From Chloroflexota bacterium (GTDB taxonomy: Bacteria; Chloroflexota; Dehalococcoidia; Lucifugimonadales; Lucifugimonadaceae), in the NCBI GenBank assembly GCA_002719295.1, contig PBHC01000014.1:1-31498 (forward strand): 31,498 nucleotides of DNA, given 5' to 3'. Positions 26,789-31,498 of the stretch are shown here, piece after piece (within the stretch, counting starts at the first letter, position 1; each line of letters starts with the position of its first letter). Position numbers and translations under genes: made by a program. The notes below the pieces were generated by a model. It was not told the origin of the DNA, did no database searches, and saw nothing but the letters and a program-made list of their open reading frames with translations.

Positions 26789-27319
26789 TCACCTTTTTTC
26801 ATTTGTATTACCTGTATACCATATTCTATTTTCAATTATCCCTCTAATATAGTTTATTTGTCCCCAATGTTGAAAAGTTCCTGTAACCATTCTCATAAGT
26901 TCATGTCCAATAGAATTTTCAGTTTCAGCAATTTTTTCATCTAAATTGATTGATTTACTATCAAAAAACCTAGTCATTTTTAGATAAACAGAATTAAAAT
27001 AATTGGTCATATCGGAAACTTCGGAAGGTCTGATTTTAGAAATATCTTCTGAAGTATGCCCAATGCCTAAGTCTTTGTCAGAAGCAGGTAAATTATATTT
27101 TTTATACCACTGATCTATCATCCAAATTTGATCTTTCCTATCTAATAAAGAAATTCTTCTATCAAAAGCTCGGGTTGTATGCCATACAATCCAAGCGATC
27201 GAATTAGAGTTTTGAGAAGGTTGATAACAAACTTGATCTATTGTAAGACTTTCCAAATATTCATGAAGAAGACTCTTTGCTCTTTCCATGCACATTAAAA
27301 TGTAATTTTTTTCATTCAT
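26789..27319 (-). CDS. DinB family protein (thiol S-transferase-like)
   Basis: NSIAWIVWHTTR and QHWGQINYIRG motifs; start moved to ATG 27319 to avoid overlap with the SDR. Confidence 0.82.
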   Translation of the reverse strand: MNEKNYILMCMERAKSLLHEYLESLTIDQVCYQPSQNSNSIAWIVWHTTRAFDRRISLLDRKDQIWMIDQWYKKYNLPASDKDLGIGHTSEDISKIRPSEVSDMTNYFNSVYLKMTRFFDSKSINLDEKIAETENSIGHELMRMVTGTFQHWGQINYIRGIIENRIWYTGNTNEKR

Positions 27320-27329
27320 TAATAATTTG

Positions 27330-28133
27330 TTAGATTTTTGCTGCAACTCCACCGTCAATATTGATAATTTCTGAGGTTATAAATCTTGATTCTTCACTTA
27401 CTAGAAACAAAACTAAGTTAGCAACATCTCTTGGATAACCTGGACCTGGAATGATTTGAGTTAAATCAAACATTGATTCAAATACATGGTGTCCACCATC
27501 TGCGTCACTAAGAGTACCTCTAGTAGCTCCAGGTGTCATTATTTGACCTGGTCTAATACAATTTACTCTAATGTTTTTATCTCCTCCAACACCTGCCATG
27601 TACCTAGTTAAGGCATCAATTCCAGCCTTAGCAACATAATAAGATGGTGCAGTTGTTCCAAAAACTTCTTTCATTTTTGGAGAAAAACCTCTTTGAGCAG
27701 CTAATGATGACATATTTACTATTGCTCCTCCACCTGATTTCTCCATAATTGGCCAGACAGCTTTAGATACAAAAAAAGTACCATTTAAGTTATCGTTAAT
27801 TACACTATTCCAATCTTCAGTGGTAGACTCTGGGAAATCTCCTGCGGCTCCATGTCCAGCATTATTAAATAGGATATTAATTTTCCCATATAAATTTGCA
27901 GCTTCTTTTACTGCAGATTGGACAATGTTTTCGTCTCCTACATCACATCTTACAAAATTAGCAATACCGCCGTTTTCTTTTATCTCATTTTCAACTCTTT
28001 TACCTTCTTCTTTTCTTCGCGCCATTATAATTACTTTTGCGCCTTCATCAGCAAAAAGTTTTGCGGTTGCTTCTCCTATACCACTATTGCCTCCAGTAAC
28101 AATAGCAATCTTATCTTTTAGTCTTTGAGTCAT
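27330..28133 (-). CDS. Classical short-chain dehydrogenase/reductase
   Basis: TGGNSGIG, MARR (basic residues suggest NADP preference), NNAG, MSS, YYVAK, IDGG; SD AAAGGA. Confidence 0.93.
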   Translation of the reverse strand: MTQRLKDKIAIVTGGNSGIGEATAKLFADEGAKVIIMARRKEEGKRVENEIKENGGIANFVRCDVGDENIVQSAVKEAANLYGKINILFNNAGHGAAGDFPESTTEDWNSVINDNLNGTFFVSKAVWPIMEKSGGGAIVNMSSLAAQRGFSPKMKEVFGTTAPSYYVAKAGIDALTRYMAGVGGDKNIRVNCIRPGQIMTPGATRGTLSDADGGHHVFESMFDLTQIIPGPGYPRDVANLVLFLVSEESRFITSEIINIDGGVAAKI

Positions 28134-28145
28134 AATCTATCCTTT

Positions 28146-28574
28146 CTATTGAGGAATCCCTATAGGTCTTTTTTCTGGGTCAGATTCGTATGATTCTTCA
28201 CTCCACCAAATCCAAAGTATTATCCATCCAATAATAATGAACAAAACAAGTAATATTTGTAATATGACGAATACAAAAGGTAAAAGCCATGGAGGTTTTA
28301 TCTTCCAATTGCCTTTTCCTGTATCTAAGAGCCTTCTATTGTTTATTGAAAAATACGGTAGCAAGTTAAAAATTATCCAAATTGCACCTAGCCATCCGAA
28401 ATCAGAATATGGGTCCCAGATTATAAAACCAAAAAGTAAATAGTCAATTATACTCCAAATTAAAACTCCACCCCAGAAATATAATTTGAACCACCAAAAT
28501 TCAGAACGCCCCGTTTTTCCAGTAAAGTCTAAAACTCTTTTGTATGCTTCTTTTACAGAATGAATAAATTCCAT
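28146..28574 (-). CDS. DUF805 family membrane protein
   Basis: DFTGKTGRSEFWWF and RRLLDTGK signatures; three hydrophobic segments. Confidence 0.88.
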   Translation of the reverse strand: MEFIHSVKEAYKRVLDFTGKTGRSEFWWFKLYFWGGVLIWSIIDYLLFGFIIWDPYSDFGWLGAIWIIFNLLPYFSINNRRLLDTGKGNWKIKPPWLLPFVFVILQILLVLFIIIGWIILWIWWSEESYESDPEKRPIGIPQ

Positions 28575-28613
28575 TTTAAACCCTTTTATTTATATAAGAA
28601 TAATATATTAATA

Positions 28614-29825
28614 TTAGTGTCTTTTTACCTCTAAATCTTCTAGATTATGTGTTTTGTCTAAGTATGATTTTGTTTCAAAATTTTTAAATCTACTAGGCAA
28701 ATAAGTATCTGAATCAATGCTTGTTTTACCAAATAAAATATGTTCAGTTACTAGTAATCCTGCAACAGGATTATAAGCAAAGCCTCCAGAATGAAAATTA
28801 GAACAAAGATAAAAACCTTCTATATTAGGAACAGGCCCAATAACTGGCGTAGCATCAGCAGTTACACTAATTAGACCAACTGTATGATAATCCCACTTTT
28901 TATTTTTTATAATTGGAACTCGATGTTGAAAAGACTCTTTAAGAAAATCTAATGCATTATCATAAGGGGCTAATTCTTTAATATTAAAATCCTTATCGTT
29001 TATTTTAAAGTTTTCTGGGTTATGTTGGGATGTACCGACTAATATTCTATTATCTTCAGTTCCTCTAATATAACTCTGATATACCCTGTCATTTATTGCA
29101 GGAAGGTTTAATTCTCTATCAAATTGCTCGGTAACAAATCTTTCATGAATAAAATTTTTCATAGGTATTTTAAAGTCAAGATTTTCTAAAAGAACATTTG
29201 TCCAAGCATTTACTGTGCAAACGACATCATTTGCTAAATATTTTTTTTCTGATTTTTCTTCCCTTGAATAAGTTACGATTCCTGTAATTTTATTTCCATT
29301 AAAAATAAAATTATTTACTATCTCATTTTCTTGGATTTTAACGCCCATACTTTCTATTTTTTTTCTTAGAGCAGGAATATAAGTGTCAGGTTCACTGTAT
29401 CCTCCTCTAGGATCTAGTACTCCATATTCATCATCTTTTGTTATAACATCAGAAAATTTATCTGTTAATTCTCTTCCAATGTAAGTCTCATATTTAGCTC
29501 CTAAATTATCATGTAGCTCACGTAAACTTGATCCATCTTCAAAATCAGATTTTGTAGATAAATTTAAACACCCAACTTGTTGGAATGTATATCCATCTAA
29601 TATTTTGCTAAAGTTCTCAAATAAATCCAAAGTTTTCATCCTAGCAACAACTGAAGTGGCATTCCATTGTAAACAAGTTACTATACCTGCAGCTTGAGAA
29701 CTTGATCCTGCTCCAATAGAATCTTTTTCAATTATTGTTATGTCTTTTACACCTTTATCTGCTAAATGAAAAGCTGTGCTCATACCCACAACTCCTCCAC
29801 CTATTATTACTATTTTTTTATCCAT
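28614..29825 (-). CDS. FAD-dependent oxidoreductase, sarcosine oxidase beta / dimethylglycine oxidase N-terminal-like
   Basis: IIGGGVVG, IIEKDSIGAGSSSQAAG, TADATPVIG, FHSGGF. Confidence 0.9.
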   Translation of the reverse strand: MDKKIVIIGGGVVGMSTAFHLADKGVKDITIIEKDSIGAGSSSQAAGIVTCLQWNATSVVARMKTLDLFENFSKILDGYTFQQVGCLNLSTKSDFEDGSSLRELHDNLGAKYETYIGRELTDKFSDVITKDDEYGVLDPRGGYSEPDTYIPALRKKIESMGVKIQENEIVNNFIFNGNKITGIVTYSREEKSEKKYLANDVVCTVNAWTNVLLENLDFKIPMKNFIHERFVTEQFDRELNLPAINDRVYQSYIRGTEDNRILVGTSQHNPENFKINDKDFNIKELAPYDNALDFLKESFQHRVPIIKNKKWDYHTVGLISVTADATPVIGPVPNIEGFYLCSNFHSGGFAYNPVAGLLVTEHILFGKTSIDSDTYLPSRFKNFETKSYLDKTHNLEDLEVKRH

Positions 29826-29828
29826 TAT

Positions 29829-31214
29829 TTATTTCAATCCCATCTGAGTATTCAGTCTTTGAGCTTCACTTGGTGCTCCATATTCTGAAATCCATTTTTC
29901 TTCAATTTGATTTCTCCACTCTTGTGCTAATTTTGTTAACTCTTTAGTAATTTCTGGTTCTTTATCAGCAAGGTTTGTTGATTCACTAATATCCTCTTCT
30001 AAATTTGCAAGATGAACTTCAGGGACTGGCCCATAGGCATCAATTAATTTCCCTTTAAGTACTAATTTCCATTTTCCTTTTCTTACAGCTGTTTGATCTA
30101 AATATTCCCAAAACATTACTCTTTCTGAATGAGAATCCTTTCCATTGGCTAATTTTATTAGACTTTTACCATCTAAATAATGATCTTGTAAATTCACCCC
30201 CACAGCTTCTAAAATAGTCGGGGCAATATCCATAGATGCACAAGGTTCACTAGAGACAATTCCTGTTTGGATTTTTCCTGGCCAATGCATTATTCCAGGT
30301 TCTCTAATTCCACCCTCAAATAAACTTCCTTTATGTCCTTTAAATTTTCCAGCTGTTCCTCCGTAATATGGATCTAAAGTACTATCTAACCAATTTCTAG
30401 TTTCTCTTGAAGGTCCGTTATCAGATGTAAAAAATGTTAAAGTGTTTTCATCTACACCTAGTCTTTTTAGCTCATCCATTATATTACCTACTGAATCATC
30501 CATTGCACTAAGCATTGCTGCCATTACTTGTCTATCCCATGGAAGATGTGAAAATCTATCCATATATTTTTTAGGTGCATGCATAGGATAATGTGGAGCA
30601 TTAAATGGTACATATAAGAAAAAAGGTTTATCATCAGATGTCATTTTTCTTAGATATTCTATGCATTTCTCTGTAATCATTTCTGTAAAATAATCACCAT
30701 CCATCCATACTTCTTCCTCATTTTCCCATAAGTCATGGGTAGGGTTTACTTGAGGTAAAATGTTATCTTTGGTGTTGGCTCCATAGTAGTAAATATGAGA
30801 ATAATAATCAACATTTCCAGCTAAAAAACCAAACCAGTCATCAAATCCATGATTATTAGGTCTAGACTTTTTTTCAAGTCCCAGATGCCATTTTCCTACC
30901 ATAGCAGTATTGTATCCTTCTGATTTTAAAATTTTAGGAAGAGTTGGTGTAGACTCAGGCAAACCAGCTGCCTTTCTGTGACCAGGCAAAATACCTCTAA
31001 TTCCCGTATTCCCAGGATACCTTCCTGTTAGTAACGATGCACGAGCTGGGCTACATACTGGACAGTTTGTATACCAATCAGTAAATCTAATTCCTTCTGA
31101 AGCTAATTTATCAAGAGAAGGAGTCTTGAAATCAGTTGCTCCCATACATGAAAGATCTCCATATCCTTGGTCATCTGTTAGAAAAACGATAAAATTTGGT
31201 TTTTTATTAGACAT
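29829..31214 (-). CDS. Cys-type (formylglycine-dependent) sulfatase, cytoplasmic
   Basis: KPNFIVFLTDDQG, CSPARASLLTGRY (CxPxR), GKWHLG, NAPHYP, SDNG, KGSLFEGGIR; no signal peptide. Confidence 0.95.
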   Translation of the reverse strand: MSNKKPNFIVFLTDDQGYGDLSCMGATDFKTPSLDKLASEGIRFTDWYTNCPVCSPARASLLTGRYPGNTGIRGILPGHRKAAGLPESTPTLPKILKSEGYNTAMVGKWHLGLEKKSRPNNHGFDDWFGFLAGNVDYYSHIYYYGANTKDNILPQVNPTHDLWENEEEVWMDGDYFTEMITEKCIEYLRKMTSDDKPFFLYVPFNAPHYPMHAPKKYMDRFSHLPWDRQVMAAMLSAMDDSVGNIMDELKRLGVDENTLTFFTSDNGPSRETRNWLDSTLDPYYGGTAGKFKGHKGSLFEGGIREPGIMHWPGKIQTGIVSSEPCASMDIAPTILEAVGVNLQDHYLDGKSLIKLANGKDSHSERVMFWEYLDQTAVRKGKWKLVLKGKLIDAYGPVPEVHLANLEEDISESTNLADKEPEITKELTKLAQEWRNQIEEKWISEYGAPSEAQRLNTQMGLK

Positions 31215-31314
31215 ATTTTTTTTTCCTTTTTAGAAATTACTTTTAGGTTTTTAAAGATATTATGAAAGTTATAATTTATTTTCTATATTCTTTGAGTAAA
31301 AAATTATTAATTGA

Positions 31315-31497
31315 TTAATTTCCACCAGCTATTCTTGAAATATTATCTGACCAACCACCACCCCATGGCCAATCAGCGTCTGTATAAGCATGCGCATTCC
31401 ACTCATTACTTGGTAGTACGGGTTGTAAAACCCAAGTTCCATCATCTATTAAGCTTCCATAATTATCTCTTGCTCCATTAATATCTTGATACCAAAA
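31315..31497 (-). CDS. Partial CDS (C-terminal 60 aa), function unassigned
   Basis: Open from the window edge: FWYQDINGARDNYGSLIDDGTWVLQPVLPSNEWNAHAYTDADWPWGGGWSDNISRIAGGN*; coding-like composition. Confidence 0.75.
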   Translation of the reverse strand, partial: FWYQDINGARDNYGSLIDDGTWVLQPVLPSNEWNAHAYTDADWPWGGGWSDNISRIAGGN

Positions 31498-31498
31498 A

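Noticed and set aside
2527..29947. Short ORF-track entries overlapping longer genes (for example 2527-2721, 3294-3665, 5055-5321, 8932-9195, 14893-15186, 16907-17368, 20893-21129, 25638-25964, 27820-28128, 29735-29947)
   Set aside because: They are antisense or alternate-frame shadows of well-supported genes and have no recognisable motifs.

Overview
A very AT-rich (roughly 28-30% GC by eye), gene-dense bacterial window with about 31 CDSs. It has tiny intergenic gaps, and three convergent gene pairs have stop codons overlapping by 4 nt. No rRNA, tRNA, CRISPR array or transposase was seen. The content is almost entirely catabolic: three enolase-superfamily paralogs, three SDRs, a Gfo/Idh/MocA oxidoreductase, a Zn-dependent dehydrogenase, a lactonase, two mutarotase-like proteins, two DAO-type flavoproteins, a copper amine oxidase, a sulfatase, a class III aminotransferase, short-type Gnd, MOSC and DinB proteins, plus SulP, LysE and MMPL transporters. 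This profile resembles marine SAR202 Chloroflexota (inference, no marker gene in the window). Highlights: (1) a six-gene minus-strand unit that reads as a non-phosphorylative sugar oxidation pathway with an iodotyrosine-deiodinase-like flavoprotein embedded in it; (2) a 47-aa single-TM ORF missing from the ORF track that exactly fills the gap between DUF1330 and the MOSC gene; (3) an 11-bp-periodic direct-repeat box next to a -10 element upstream of the MMPL transporter; (4) leaderless-type promoters; (5) a 40-bp imperfect palindrome in the only long non-coding stretch, next to an orphan glycan-locus-type aldo/keto reductase.
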